From the IMG/VR virus record IMGVR_UViG_3300032288_001094, positions 1 to 61,482 of that record: DNA of 61,482 nt. One strand, given 5' to 3'. The notes beneath the pieces are model-generated. The model made no database searches. It was not told where the DNA came from and saw only the letters and a program-made list of their open reading frames with translations. Position 1 is the stretch's first letter; every line of letters starts with the position of its first letter. Below are positions 9,101-18,750 of the stretch, piece by piece. The translations under genes were made by a program, and so were the position numbers. The DNA is from a virus (Duplodnaviria; Caudoviricetes).

Positions 9101-12100
9101 GCGCAAGGCGCAGACCCTCTTGGCCACGTATGAGACGCAACTGGAGAATCTGAACAAACGGCTGGCCGGACCTCGGCCCACCGTAGAACCAGTGCGCATG
9201 GGGACGGGTGCAACCACCGGTGAGGATGCCAAGCTGCTGCGTGAGATTGACGACGCCCTGCGGCTGACCACACCCGAAGAAGGTGCGCCTAAACAAGGCG
9301 AACTTTTTGCTGAAAAGGAACTCCCGGCCACCGCATTCGCCCGTGCGACTGCTCGCAATTTTGAAAACTCACCGCCCGTCAAGAAGGCGCGCGCTGCGGT
9401 GGAGCGTGGCAAGAAGTTGCTGGCCGATGTTAAGACCGCTTGGGATGCCAAAGATGCGCAGGACAAAGCGCAGCGCGAACAAAAGGTTGGTGAAACCCAA
9501 GAAGCAATTGCTAAGCAGCGCGAGGTTTACCGCGAAACATTCCAGGCTGCGCTGAAGAAAGCGCAGGTGGCGGAGATTGTTGACCGCTTCCAGAAGGAAA
9601 TTACGGCGGCGCTGCAAAGCCTGCAAGCGGTGAGCAAGGAGCGTGCTGCGGCTGTAGCTGCAGGTGACATGGACGCGGTTCGTCTGATTGATGTAATCCG
9701 TGACGAAGAGCGTGGTGCCCTGCTTCAGTTGCAGTCCGATCTGGCCAAAGCGCTTGAGAAGCCAAGCCAAAACATCGAGCCTGCCAAGACTACCGGCATG
9801 CGCGGCTTTGTTCTGTCGTCTGAAATTCAGGCTGCTGCTGACGAGTGGGTTACGTTTGAGCGGGACCGTCTGACGAAGCTGGAAGGCAAACTTCAGCGCC
9901 TGCAAGGTGCGGACAGAAAGGAAGCCGCCAAAGAAGTGGTTGCGCAGCGTAATGCGGTGCAGGAAGCCACCATCAGCACTGGCCGCGCCATGTCTGGGTT
10001 GGGCTTGCCGGGTGTTCGCGTGCAGGCCGGTCGCGTGGTGCCCATTAAGACCGCCAGTGAGCTTGCCGCTGAAGAGCGCGAGCGCAGAGACGAAGCCCGG
10101 AAATCGGCCGAAGCCAAGGCTGCGGCTACAGCGGAACGCGAGCAGGGTCTTGAGGGTCGCATCCTTGAGATTGGCAACGAAGTTGCCGAGAAGAAAGCTG
10201 CAGTTGACCGTGCCCGCACAGACGCCACCAAAGAGCGTTTGAACGCCGAGATCACAAAACTTGAGCGCGAAGCCTCTTTGCTTGAGGCGCAACTTGGCAC
10301 ACCTGAGTTGAGCCGCACTGAGAAGCGCAAAGCTCGCAAAGCACAGAAGACTGGGTTCACCGGCAAGGGTGTTGGCTCTGAGAAAGAACTGCTCGGTACG
10401 GTCAGCGAAAAGCTACGCGATCTTGAGTCTGATGTGCGCAAGCGTCTGCTTAGCGAAGGGCTTTTAAGGTCTCCTGAACAGGTTACAGCGTTGGCTTCGC
10501 AACAACTGACGCCGTATGAGCGCAGGGTGTTGGAGGGCCGCTTTAAGAAACAAGAGACTGCGACGCAGCGCACCAAGCGTTTGCAGGGCGCATTCGAGGC
10601 AATGGCCGCTGAGAAGAAAGGCGCTGAACGTATTGAAGGTATGTACGAGGGTGTTGAGGGTGTGCTCGACTCCGTGCGTATTGGGGACAAAGACATCTTT
10701 TTCTCACGCGGCGCTACACCAAACCCGTCCACCGCCGAAGGGGTGCGCACGGAGTTGGGCAAGGTATTTCCTAACCTGGGGCGTATACAGATTTACGACA
10801 GTGTTGATGCGCTGATTGCTGCCAACCCTGAATATGAAGGACGCATTCCTTCTGACGCCCGAGGCTTTGTTGATCCTTCAGGCAACAAGGCGTTCTTGAT
10901 TGCCGAGAACATCGACAAGGGCCGTGCATTGGGCGTTCTGCTGCACGAGGTCGGTGCGCATATTGGCTTGCGTAACATGCTTGGCGAAGCACAGTACAAC
11001 GCGCTAGTCAAGGCGGTGGAGTCTTGGGAGAAGCGCAACGACGGCAGTACTGAGTCGCGTGTGGCGCAGGCTGCGCGTCGCCGGGTGGAAGCAGCAGACA
11101 CCCCCGCCAGTCAAGTCAACGACGAGCTTCTGGCCTACGCCATCGAGGAAGCAGTAAATGCGGGCGTCAAACCGTTTGAAACCAAGGGTGTCATTGGCCA
11201 GTGGTTGAGCCGGATTGCGTCGCTGTTCCAGAAGGCGCTCCAGAAGTTTGGTCTGGCGCCCAAGGAGATGACTGCGGCTGAACTGGTGGATATGGCGTTT
11301 GGTGCAGCCGGACTAGAAATGCGCGGCGCTGGAGCTAAGGCAACGGGCAGAGGTAAGGAGAAGCTGCTCTTCACCTACGCCGGTGAGAAGGCGGGTGTTG
11401 CCAAGGAGGCACTGCAAAAAGCCAAGGACATGCTGATCAAGGGAGCCCCCCTTGAAAAAGTATGGAACGAAACCGGGTGGTTCCAAGGGCCAGATAAAAA
11501 GTGGCGCTATGAACTGGACGACAGCAAAGCAGATTTCTCTGGGCTAGATAGGGTCTTTAATGCAGGCATGCAGGCCGGACAGAAAGAGGTCAACACCACG
11601 CTTGGTGAGGTGATGGATCACCCCGATCTGTACGCTGCGTACCCAGACATAAAAAACTTTCAGGTAACGTTGTACGATGATCCGCAGGACAATGTTTACG
11701 GATCTGTCAGCGACAAACGTATGCGCGTCAATATTGGCAAGCCCGATATTGAAGGTACGCTGGTACATGAAGTGCAACACTTGATTCAAGACCGTGAAGG
11801 TTTTGGTAAAGGTGGCAGTGCTACTGGGCAGTACATGCGCGGGTACACCACCAAGATGCTAGAAAGCGTGCGCGCGTCTTACGCACGGCAGCTTGATGAA
11901 GCTACCGACGATTTTGATCGGCGCTACTACGGCGATCGCGTTGCTGCAATGGATGCTGCTGTTGCAGCTTCTAGTAAGGTGCGAGGCGAAGTTGCGCAAA
12001 AAATTCGGGAGGCTAGGGCTAAGTACACTGATTTGTCTCAGCAATACGCTGCGTTTAAGGCTGCGGAAGAAGCCGAAAGAGACGCCGCTCAGAAAGAATA

Positions 12101-15100
12101 CGACGCGCTCAATAAGGACATCGACCAACTGTACGAAGAAATTAAACGCTTAAATGCAGTTAATGTTCTTGACCCGCAAATACGGATTTTGCGCAACCAG
12201 CAAGACGAGTTGCGAAAAAAAGCAAACGCAGCGTTTGATAAATCGCTTGGTTTTTCTTTTGCTAAGGGTCGAGATTTTGTAAAGGCTATTGGCAAAGCGC
12301 GTTCTGAAGTTTTTGATACTAAGCTCAACTACAAAAAAGAAGTTGAAGCTGCCGTCGATAAGGCTATTGCGGATGTTGTAGGAAAGGATGCTTTGCTTGC
12401 CAAGTTTGCAAAGCTGACCATTAGCGACTACGCGTATCAAAACCTGCTCGGTGAAGTCGAAGCGCGTGATGTGGGTGAGCGGCGCACACTGACTGAAGAA
12501 GTTCGCCGTGAAACGCGTCCGTACAGCAGCCAGCCACAACGCGCAGAAGAGATTTTGTTTTCTCGTGCGCCCCAGTACAACGACAGCCTCTCAGATGCAG
12601 GGCTCACCGCCGACAAGATGATCTCGCAGCGACCGGGTGTATACGCCCAGTTCAAGCAGAGCATGTTGGGCATGGGGTTCCGCACCCGCTTCCTTGACGC
12701 GCTTGCCCCCCTGGAAAAGGTTTCGGGGATGCTTGGCGATGCCGTCAAAGGCATGCAGATGATGTACTACCTGCGGATGTACGGCATGCGGATGAACTTC
12801 ACATCCCTTGCGCTGTCCGATGGCGTGCCGCAACTGGTTGAGAAGAAGCGCCGTGATGGTGGCACCGAGTGGGTCATCGAGTCTGTGCCCGGTGTGAACA
12901 TCAAGCAGATTGTCGAGCGCTTGAGCCGCAAGGATGTCATCCAGGCCGCAGGCAGCGCCGATGCTGCCAACCGCTTGTTCACCCTGTATCTGGCCAAACT
13001 GCGTGCCGACAACAAGGGCTACGACAAGCTGAACTTTGGCCGCGCTTCTGCTGAAGCCGAACTCAAGGAGATCGAGGCTGAACTGGCAAGCGGCAAGCTC
13101 TCTGCCGACGACAAGACGCGCGTCAAGCAGCGGCAAGAGCACCTGCTGAAGGTGCGTGACTCGCTGCCTACCGAAGCCGACATTAAGAAGGCGTTTGCTG
13201 AAATCGAAGCTGATCCGGTGTTGAGCAAGGCGTTTGCTGACGCCCGCTCGATGTACAACGAGTTCAACCAGAACCTGCTGCGCTTCATGGTGCAGACAGG
13301 CGCGATGAGCAAAGACGAAGCGGATCGCCTGCTACGGGAGAAGGACTACGTACCGTACTACCGCGTGCGCAACGGTGTTGCTGAACTGATGATCGGTGGC
13401 CTGACGCCTGTTCGCATTGGCAACCTGAAGGACAGCCCGCACCTGCAAGAACTGATGGGTGGCGAGGAGCCGATCTTCAACTTCCTCGACAGCAGCGTGC
13501 AGAACACGTCGATGTTGGTCGATATGGCCATGCGCAACATCGCCGTGAAGAACGCGATGTGGGAGATGGCGTCGGTTGGTCTGGCCAAGATCAGGAAGGC
13601 AGGCAGGGCAGGCGCCCCCAAGAACGCGGTGGAGTTCAAGAAGGATGGTGAAGACTGGTACGCAGTCGTGGACACCGAGCACATCGGCATCCCCTCTGAA
13701 CTGCTGACCAAGGGTCTGGCCGGTATCCCGACCATGTTCCCGCAGGCCATCGAGATCATGGGCATGCCCGCCCGGTTCCTGCGCCGTGCCATCACAGCGT
13801 CGCCTGTCTACGCCGGTCGTCAGTTGTTCCGCGACTCGCTGTCCTCTTACATGGCCAGCGGCTCCAATGCACCTCCGGTGCTCGGCGCTCTGCAGCAGAT
13901 TGGCAAAGCCAGTAGCGTGGACAGGCGCGGCATTACGGGTGGTCAGGTGTTCACGGGAACCTCCGAGGACAAGGCGCGTCTGCTGCGTGAGATGCAAGAA
14001 GGTCGTCCGGGCTGGTCTAAGCTGTTCTCCAAGCTGGAAGCAATGTCGATGGAGGCTGATGCCGCCACCCGCCGCTCCCAGTACCAGAGCTATTTGGATC
14101 AGGGGCTGTCCGAGATGGAAGCCACCTTCATGGCGCTTGAGTCGATGAACTTCGCGCGGCGCGGTATCGACCCAAGCGTGCAGTTGCTGACCACGCTGAT
14201 CCCGTTCATGAACGCGCAGATTCAGTCGCTTGACGTGCTGTACCGTTCGCTGCGCGGCCAGATGCCGATGAACGAGCGGTTGCAGATCAAGGAGAAGCTG
14301 ATCGCTCGTGGCACGATGCTCGCCAGTATGTCCATGATCTACGCGTTGTCGATGCAGGACGATGAGACGTACAAGAACGCGCGGCCTGATGAGAAGTACA
14401 ACAACTGGTTTGTGCCGATCCCTGGCATGGACGAGAAGCTGCGCGTGCCCATCCCGTTTGAACTGGGCTACATCTTCAAGGCGCTGCCCGAAGCGGTGAT
14501 CAACGGCCTGTTTGCCGAGCGTGGTGCAGACGAAGCGTTGGATGCGGCCAAGGGCATCCTGCGCAACATGATCCCTGGTGGTGGCAACTACGGCATCCCT
14601 GCCGCAGTCAAGCCGCTGATCGAGGTGGGCCTGGGCAAGTCCTTCTTCACGGGCCGCGATCTGGAGTCTGGCGCTGAGCAAATGCAGGAGCCTTGGGCCC
14701 GCTACCGGGAGAACACGTCCGAAGCTGCCAAGATTCTGGGACAACTGTTCAACATCTCTCCGATCAAGATCGAGACGCTTGTCAGCGGCTACACCGGTAG
14801 CCTCGGCATGGCGCTCATGCAAGCAGCCAACGTGATCCTGCCCACACCTGAAACCGATCTGCCCGAGAAGCGCATTTCTCAGTTGCCGGTGGTGGGTACG
14901 CTGTTCCAACCCAAGGATGCAGCAAGCATCATCGACGACACGTTCGACCGGCTCAAGGACTACACCGCCGCCAAGGAGACCTACGAAGGGCTCGTGGAGA
15001 AGGGTGAACTGGCCAAGGCTGACGCTTACCTGCGCAACAACATCGAGAAGATTCAGTTGGCGTCCATCTCTGGCGCTTACAAGCAGCAGATCGGTGCCAT

Positions 15101-15239
15101 CACAAAGGCGGAGCGTCAGGTTCGCGGCAGTAGTCTGACGTCTCAGGAGAAGCGTGATCTTCTGGACGATCTGCGTCAGGCGAAAATCTTGGTTGCTTCT
15201 TCGGTGCGGGACTCGCTCGGAAGAATAGAAGCCCGATAA
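6120..15239 (+). CDS. Large polyvalent virion protein with two zincin-like HExxH domains, an LPD23-like region and a C-terminal LPD38-like region
   Basis: 3039 aa, AGGAG SD; LLHEVGAH and LVHEVQH motifs; VWNETGWFQGPDKKWRYELDDS (LPD23-like); RVPIPFELG (LPD38-like). Confidence 0.7.
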   Translation: MDLSDVRARFPQYDNLTDKQLADALHAKFYADIPKADFYERIGLTKPKSGFGAAFKASVESLKGEAALLGGKLGLMSEKEAQRYQAEQEDIARGIFRPTKEGWLEAPGTKFGELLGGSLPYMAAPVAAGAAAIPLGAAAPIAATAGAGLASLAQFTGTNLARQLEAQKERGEEVSLERASGAAATAAAVPQAALDMVSLKALPLVRNLFKSVGKDLTEAEAKRIAEQGFKQTVADYAKTGARVAGIEGLTEAGQQYFERLQAGLSIADADAREEYIDSFVGGAVLGAGLSPVGRFVERGGEQGRAQKKLGEVADEQRKAEREAQAKLEAEEAEKRKQPEYLTKLQADYQAAKAKDNAYKAEIKALDAQKDDPAALARAKELRAEHKNFQKTELSEIVKDYNKAGGAKFFKQFAEQQRVAGMTPLEYQMEQLGVKFPEQPPEQPRVFTGEGFEPAAKRDAVAEYATTQLDLARQQDMGTFTEADYAQYLMQDPDMAKQLVAANAQLPGFNKKQSTAILGGMKLQLQQQAKESYAGATDLLKAQRTEPQQLFLDQWQQDQEALDAERKESVFDTKLTELVNTALQGTPTVEAPEGATVDRRGAVFLQRLDEAIAQRDAAAKAAEQAFAAGNREAGAAKSKERENAQLVLNQIEQQGGNASLISSLRKEQDSALMDAAGLIDDLRSGITLGDKEQKGAASSTAETLRAQIDKARARYIDAAVKEAAATQRIFGKALSQDDALKAALQMQQVFDEWVTRSAAKPRKDVEEVRVKSPAQMRGTKIVKGAELETYDPRPLEERRFGAQKAAIEVLQEQLRQISSRLSAVPEEGRRAESLLRPQYAITEAQKTAEARGETAETLGGELRRRREYVGNLIDRALQTREGLPDDVVQGLERARDAIDAGRGGRDVLTAVSPEGRAGPAPFAAGLLDAAEQLAQRALSGRMTTVTGGVQGAREQKGYDALAFRRDEINRQYQDQQRQLTSGVDENGKELTPAKKRKAQTLLATYETQLENLNKRLAGPRPTVEPVRMGTGATTGEDAKLLREIDDALRLTTPEEGAPKQGELFAEKELPATAFARATARNFENSPPVKKARAAVERGKKLLADVKTAWDAKDAQDKAQREQKVGETQEAIAKQREVYRETFQAALKKAQVAEIVDRFQKEITAALQSLQAVSKERAAAVAAGDMDAVRLIDVIRDEERGALLQLQSDLAKALEKPSQNIEPAKTTGMRGFVLSSEIQAAADEWVTFERDRLTKLEGKLQRLQGADRKEAAKEVVAQRNAVQEATISTGRAMSGLGLPGVRVQAGRVVPIKTASELAAEERERRDEARKSAEAKAAATAEREQGLEGRILEIGNEVAEKKAAVDRARTDATKERLNAEITKLEREASLLEAQLGTPELSRTEKRKARKAQKTGFTGKGVGSEKELLGTVSEKLRDLESDVRKRLLSEGLLRSPEQVTALASQQLTPYERRVLEGRFKKQETATQRTKRLQGAFEAMAAEKKGAERIEGMYEGVEGVLDSVRIGDKDIFFSRGATPNPSTAEGVRTELGKVFPNLGRIQIYDSVDALIAANPEYEGRIPSDARGFVDPSGNKAFLIAENIDKGRALGVLLHEVGAHIGLRNMLGEAQYNALVKAVESWEKRNDGSTESRVAQAARRRVEAADTPASQVNDELLAYAIEEAVNAGVKPFETKGVIGQWLSRIASLFQKALQKFGLAPKEMTAAELVDMAFGAAGLEMRGAGAKATGRGKEKLLFTYAGEKAGVAKEALQKAKDMLIKGAPLEKVWNETGWFQGPDKKWRYELDDSKADFSGLDRVFNAGMQAGQKEVNTTLGEVMDHPDLYAAYPDIKNFQVTLYDDPQDNVYGSVSDKRMRVNIGKPDIEGTLVHEVQHLIQDREGFGKGGSATGQYMRGYTTKMLESVRASYARQLDEATDDFDRRYYGDRVAAMDAAVAASSKVRGEVAQKIREARAKYTDLSQQYAAFKAAEEAERDAAQKEYDALNKDIDQLYEEIKRLNAVNVLDPQIRILRNQQDELRKKANAAFDKSLGFSFAKGRDFVKAIGKARSEVFDTKLNYKKEVEAAVDKAIADVVGKDALLAKFAKLTISDYAYQNLLGEVEARDVGERRTLTEEVRRETRPYSSQPQRAEEILFSRAPQYNDSLSDAGLTADKMISQRPGVYAQFKQSMLGMGFRTRFLDALAPLEKVSGMLGDAVKGMQMMYYLRMYGMRMNFTSLALSDGVPQLVEKKRRDGGTEWVIESVPGVNIKQIVERLSRKDVIQAAGSADAANRLFTLYLAKLRADNKGYDKLNFGRASAEAELKEIEAELASGKLSADDKTRVKQRQEHLLKVRDSLPTEADIKKAFAEIEADPVLSKAFADARSMYNEFNQNLLRFMVQTGAMSKDEADRLLREKDYVPYYRVRNGVAELMIGGLTPVRIGNLKDSPHLQELMGGEEPIFNFLDSSVQNTSMLVDMAMRNIAVKNAMWEMASVGLAKIRKAGRAGAPKNAVEFKKDGEDWYAVVDTEHIGIPSELLTKGLAGIPTMFPQAIEIMGMPARFLRRAITASPVYAGRQLFRDSLSSYMASGSNAPPVLGALQQIGKASSVDRRGITGGQVFTGTSEDKARLLREMQEGRPGWSKLFSKLEAMSMEADAATRRSQYQSYLDQGLSEMEATFMALESMNFARRGIDPSVQLLTTLIPFMNAQIQSLDVLYRSLRGQMPMNERLQIKEKLIARGTMLASMSMIYALSMQDDETYKNARPDEKYNNWFVPIPGMDEKLRVPIPFELGYIFKALPEAVINGLFAERGADEALDAAKGILRNMIPGGGNYGIPAAVKPLIEVGLGKSFFTGRDLESGAEQMQEPWARYRENTSEAAKILGQLFNISPIKIETLVSGYTGSLGMALMQAANVILPTPETDLPEKRISQLPVVGTLFQPKDAASIIDDTFDRLKDYTAAKETYEGLVEKGELAKADAYLRNNIEKIQLASISGAYKQQIGAITKAERQVRGSSLTSQEKRDLLDDLRQAKILVASSVRDSLGRIEAR

Positions 15240-15393
15240 GCCCCTGGTGGATGCACGGCAGCGCCCGTGCATCCTTCAGTTTCAAGGGTACGGCCGCACG
15301 CAGCCCTGCTTCACGCATGGCTTCGAGATCAAGGGCAGGGATGAAGAACCCCTGCCCTCTCTCAATCTTCTCCCACGGGAAGTATTTCCGCAC
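15100..15393 (-). CDS. Small phage protein (YFPWEKIERGQGFFIP motif), possibly DNA-binding
   Basis: GTG start at 15393 overlapping the primase end; motif resembles common small phage proteins; 3' end overlaps the large gene convergently. Confidence 0.5.
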   Translation of the reverse strand: MRKYFPWEKIERGQGFFIPALDLEAMREAGLRAAVPLKLKDARALPCIHQGLIGLLFFRASPAPKKQPRFSPDADRPEDHASPETSDYCREPDAPPL

Positions 15394-18259
15394 TGTTGTC
15401 GATCTCTTCTCTGCGGCTGATGCACAGCGCGTGCACACGCATCTGCGGGCCTTTGGTTCTGGCCATCATGTCCTTGCGCAGCACCTTGACGCTGTAACCC
15501 TCGATGGCGGAAAGCTGCCGCCTGAAGTCCTCATAGCCGTAGGACATGGATACGCAGTGTGAGCGCATCACCGATTCCTCGATGAAGTAGTCCACGAACC
15601 CAGGCTTGTCGATGCCATGCTCCACGCGCCCCATGACGGTACTGCGCGTGATGGATTGATCGACCGGCTCCCCGTTGCCCAGTGACGCCATGAACGACCC
15701 GTTGCTGCGCTTGACCACCACGAAGTGACCGTAGTGGTCACGGGTGAAGGCGTTGAGCACGTCCTCGGCGTTGCGCGAACCTGTGCGCACCACCTTGCGG
15801 GCCTTCTCCACCAACTTGAAGAAGCTGTTGATGATCTCGTCTACTGGGTAGTCGAAGATACCCGCGTAGTTGGAACCGGCCAGGATTGCCCCGGCGACAT
15901 CACACGCGCAGCCGTTGCCCCAGTACCGCTCTTCACCGGTCAGCATCCACTCATGCTTCAGGCGCTCATGCGTCTTGGCCAACACCTTGCGGGCGGTGTC
16001 TTGGTTCTGCACGAGCCACCGGACGTACTTCTCGCCCGCCACCCCGTGGTTGGTGTTGAGCAGGCGCAGGATGTCTTCCTCTTCAGGCGTCCAATTCAGC
16101 TTCTCCTCGGGCGTCCACTCCAACATGCGGAACAACTCACCCTGAGAGGTGTGCTTGCGCACGCCCGACATGAAGTCGTGCATGTGCGTGTTCGATGTCA
16201 AGTAGGCTTGCGTCGCCCAGGAGACAAGGTTCAGACGTTCTCGGTTGTGGTGGGCTTCGGACTTCTCCTTACCCTGACCCTCAGCCAGATCGAAGATCAG
16301 GCCAGGAAACCACTCCATCTCCTGCCGTGACTTGTGTGTGATCTCGTCCGAGGTGAAGGGCAGCGAGTTCAGGTTACCGATGCGCTGCTGCATCGTGACC
16401 GCTGAGGTGGATTTGCCTGTGCGGTACCGGGTTGGATGGCCCCAGACCGAGTTGATCAGGTTCATCGCCATCGTCTTGCCGGTGCCGGAACTGGTCGAAC
16501 CCGCATGGATGGTCAAGCAAGCGAACTGCGTGAAGCGCATCAGCGGTGCGCCAAACGCCATAGTAGAGACGGCCAGGAGGTCGTACAGCCCACGCTGCAC
16601 CATCAGTTCTGGGAACCTGCGCCACTCCTCCAGTGTGCCCGCTGCCCGCGTGTTGCGTGTCAGGTTCTGCAGGTCTGGCATCGGCACGGTGCGCGTGCGG
16701 CCATCGGGAAAGAAGATGCGCCCGGAGTAGACGAAGGAGTTGTCCTCCTGCCACCCGTACTGCTGCGGAATCTTGATCGCGCGCTTGTTGACGCTCGCTT
16801 CCTCCACGCAGGCCCGGATGTACTCCACCAGATTCTTGTCGTTGCCCGCGCCGAACGCAGCCATGATGTTCTGCTGCGCCAGGGACTTGAGCAGTTCGTC
16901 CTTGCTGACCACCGCCCGCTGAGCAAACAGCACATCGGCAGGAGCGTTGGGGCGATTGGCCACCATGTGGACGGTGTGCTCATTGTCCTTGTTCAGGATG
17001 TCCACCACGAACATGTCGTACGGCAGGATCATGACCTGCTTCTTGCGCTTGGTGCCGTCGGCTTCTTCAACGATCCGGTCAGCGTACACGCCGCCGTTGG
17101 CGCCGTATGCGTAGCCCTTGGGAGGCGTCGGGCGCACCACCTTGATGGTGGGCGCTTCAGGATCATCCGGGTCGCTCGGCTTGATCTCGACTTCCTTCTC
17201 GGTGTTGTCGGCCACCAGTTCCCGGCCCAGGGCCAGGGGGTTGGTTATCTTGCCGAAGTGCTTGCACTTCTGGCATACACCGGGGTTCTCGCTGTCGAAC
17301 TTGATGCAGGGGTACGGCCCCTTGATCTCGCGCAGCTTGGCCTGCATGCGCTCGTCATCGTACGGGTGGAGTTGGCTCAGCCAGATCGAAGCCTTCTCAC
17401 CATCGGCACAGTACTTGGCCTGACTCAGCCACCCACGCCACAGCGGCTCCATGCCATCGTCCGTGGCGTTGTCCACGTAGTGCTGAAGCTGCAAGCAGCC
17501 GTCGCCATCGCCGGTCTTGGCCATTATGTGTTTGAACCGCACGACGCTGTTGGCGAGCATCTGCACGCCTGTCTTGGTCGCGTTGACTGGGCGCTGCCCA
17601 GGCAGGTTCATGCCTTCGGCGTAGGGCGTAGGCGCCTTGTCCCCGAGCAGGTCGCGCAGCTTGGCGAAGAACTCCTGGGCATCGACGGGCGCATCACCTT
17701 CAGCCAGTACCTCCACCGGGCGCGGCTCGCCATACTTCTTCTTGAAGTTCTTGGTGCCAGGAACGCGCAACACCCGTGCGGCGTCTGCCGTGACGGTGTT
17801 GTCGATGGCAAGCGAGCGCTCCTTGCACAGACGCTTGAACGTCTCGGCAATCGGCTTCCACTCACCTACCGTCAGCGGCTTTTCAAACGTCCAGTAGCAA
17901 TGCAGACCACCGCCTGAAGCAATGATCCAGGGCTTGCCAAAGGCATCGAGCCCCGTGTCTGCGAGAAACCTATCCAGTGCCTCCTGCGCTGCTTCCTTGC
18001 TCTCGTACCCATCCATGTCGATGAACAAGGACTTGATGTACTCAGCGTTGTCTGCGGTGCGACTGCCCTTATCGGCAAACGTCGCAAGCGCAAAGTAGAT
18101 GTCCTGCTGACCCTCCAACCACTGATCTACGTATGGACGTATCTCAGTGATGTCTTCGATGAAGACGTGCTGTTTTCTCTTGGAGGAGAGTTCTGCCGCG
18201 CAGTAGTACCCGTGACCGGGAGACGGCAGGACAGCCGCTAAGAAATCTAGCGGTTCCAT
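15362..18259 (-). CDS. Primase-helicase (RepB/AEP-type primase, Zn motif, DUF927, P-loop helicase)
   Basis: 965 aa; LFIDMD, SGGGLHCYW, DAARVLRVPGT primase motifs; C..CxxC; Walker A SSGTGKT; SDE Walker B. Confidence 0.85.
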   Translation of the reverse strand: MEPLDFLAAVLPSPGHGYYCAAELSSKRKQHVFIEDITEIRPYVDQWLEGQQDIYFALATFADKGSRTADNAEYIKSLFIDMDGYESKEAAQEALDRFLADTGLDAFGKPWIIASGGGLHCYWTFEKPLTVGEWKPIAETFKRLCKERSLAIDNTVTADAARVLRVPGTKNFKKKYGEPRPVEVLAEGDAPVDAQEFFAKLRDLLGDKAPTPYAEGMNLPGQRPVNATKTGVQMLANSVVRFKHIMAKTGDGDGCLQLQHYVDNATDDGMEPLWRGWLSQAKYCADGEKASIWLSQLHPYDDERMQAKLREIKGPYPCIKFDSENPGVCQKCKHFGKITNPLALGRELVADNTEKEVEIKPSDPDDPEAPTIKVVRPTPPKGYAYGANGGVYADRIVEEADGTKRKKQVMILPYDMFVVDILNKDNEHTVHMVANRPNAPADVLFAQRAVVSKDELLKSLAQQNIMAAFGAGNDKNLVEYIRACVEEASVNKRAIKIPQQYGWQEDNSFVYSGRIFFPDGRTRTVPMPDLQNLTRNTRAAGTLEEWRRFPELMVQRGLYDLLAVSTMAFGAPLMRFTQFACLTIHAGSTSSGTGKTMAMNLINSVWGHPTRYRTGKSTSAVTMQQRIGNLNSLPFTSDEITHKSRQEMEWFPGLIFDLAEGQGKEKSEAHHNRERLNLVSWATQAYLTSNTHMHDFMSGVRKHTSQGELFRMLEWTPEEKLNWTPEEEDILRLLNTNHGVAGEKYVRWLVQNQDTARKVLAKTHERLKHEWMLTGEERYWGNGCACDVAGAILAGSNYAGIFDYPVDEIINSFFKLVEKARKVVRTGSRNAEDVLNAFTRDHYGHFVVVKRSNGSFMASLGNGEPVDQSITRSTVMGRVEHGIDKPGFVDYFIEESVMRSHCVSMSYGYEDFRRQLSAIEGYSVKVLRKDMMARTKGPQMRVHALCISRREEIDNSAEILPVGED

Positions 18260-18272
18260 AGGACTCCTCGGT

Positions 18273-18464
18273 TTATTCGCTGAAGGGCAGGGGAATTTGC
18301 TTGGGGTTCAGCGAATCGGCGGATCGTTCCTTTTCTCGGTCAGTTGTCTGGCGCTTGGCCAACTCTTGGGCTACCTCTGGCGGCAGTGCGCCCATAACCA
18401 TCGTCATGTACACCTGACGCTCGAACTCGTCGTCGCTCAGGCTTGAATATTGAATTCCTGACAT
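18273..18464 (-). CDS. Small protein with C-terminal clamp-binding-like motif
   Basis: Start MSGIQY at 18464 after GGAG; ends KQIPLPFSE. Confidence 0.55.
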   Translation of the reverse strand: MSGIQYSSLSDDEFERQVYMTMVMGALPPEVAQELAKRQTTDREKERSADSLNPKQIPLPFSE

Positions 18465-18718
18465 GCTTTTCTCCATGCTTGTTCTGCGTCTGTGGCCTTC
18501 TGCAAGATGTGGAGAAGGCGCTCGACTGTGGGACGGTATGCGTTGTTGACGGTTGACTTGGCCGTCATCCAGTTGTAGATGGTCTGGCGCGATGCGCCCG
18601 TGATCTCCGCAATCTGGGTGACAGGGAAGTCTAAGTGCACCGCCCATCGGCCAAGCTGATTGCCTAGCGTTCGGGGCGCTGCCTTGACGGTGTTAAGGGT
18701 TTTTACTGAGTAGGACAT
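18437..18718 (-). CDS. XRE/Cro-like HTH protein
   Basis: VTQIAEITGASRQTIYNWMT helix-turn-helix. Confidence 0.75.
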   Translation of the reverse strand: MSYSVKTLNTVKAAPRTLGNQLGRWAVHLDFPVTQIAEITGASRQTIYNWMTAKSTVNNAYRPTVERLLHILQKATDAEQAWRKACQEFNIQA

Positions 18719-18721
18719 GTT

Positions 18722-18744
18722 GAATAAGGGGGCCGAAGCCCCCC
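18722..18744 (-). terminator. Hairpin with cUUCGg loop after the SSB-like gene, probable weak intrinsic terminator
   Basis: Minus strand GGGGGC-TTCG-GCCCCC then TTATTC. Confidence 0.6.
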
Positions 18745-18750
18745 AGTGAA

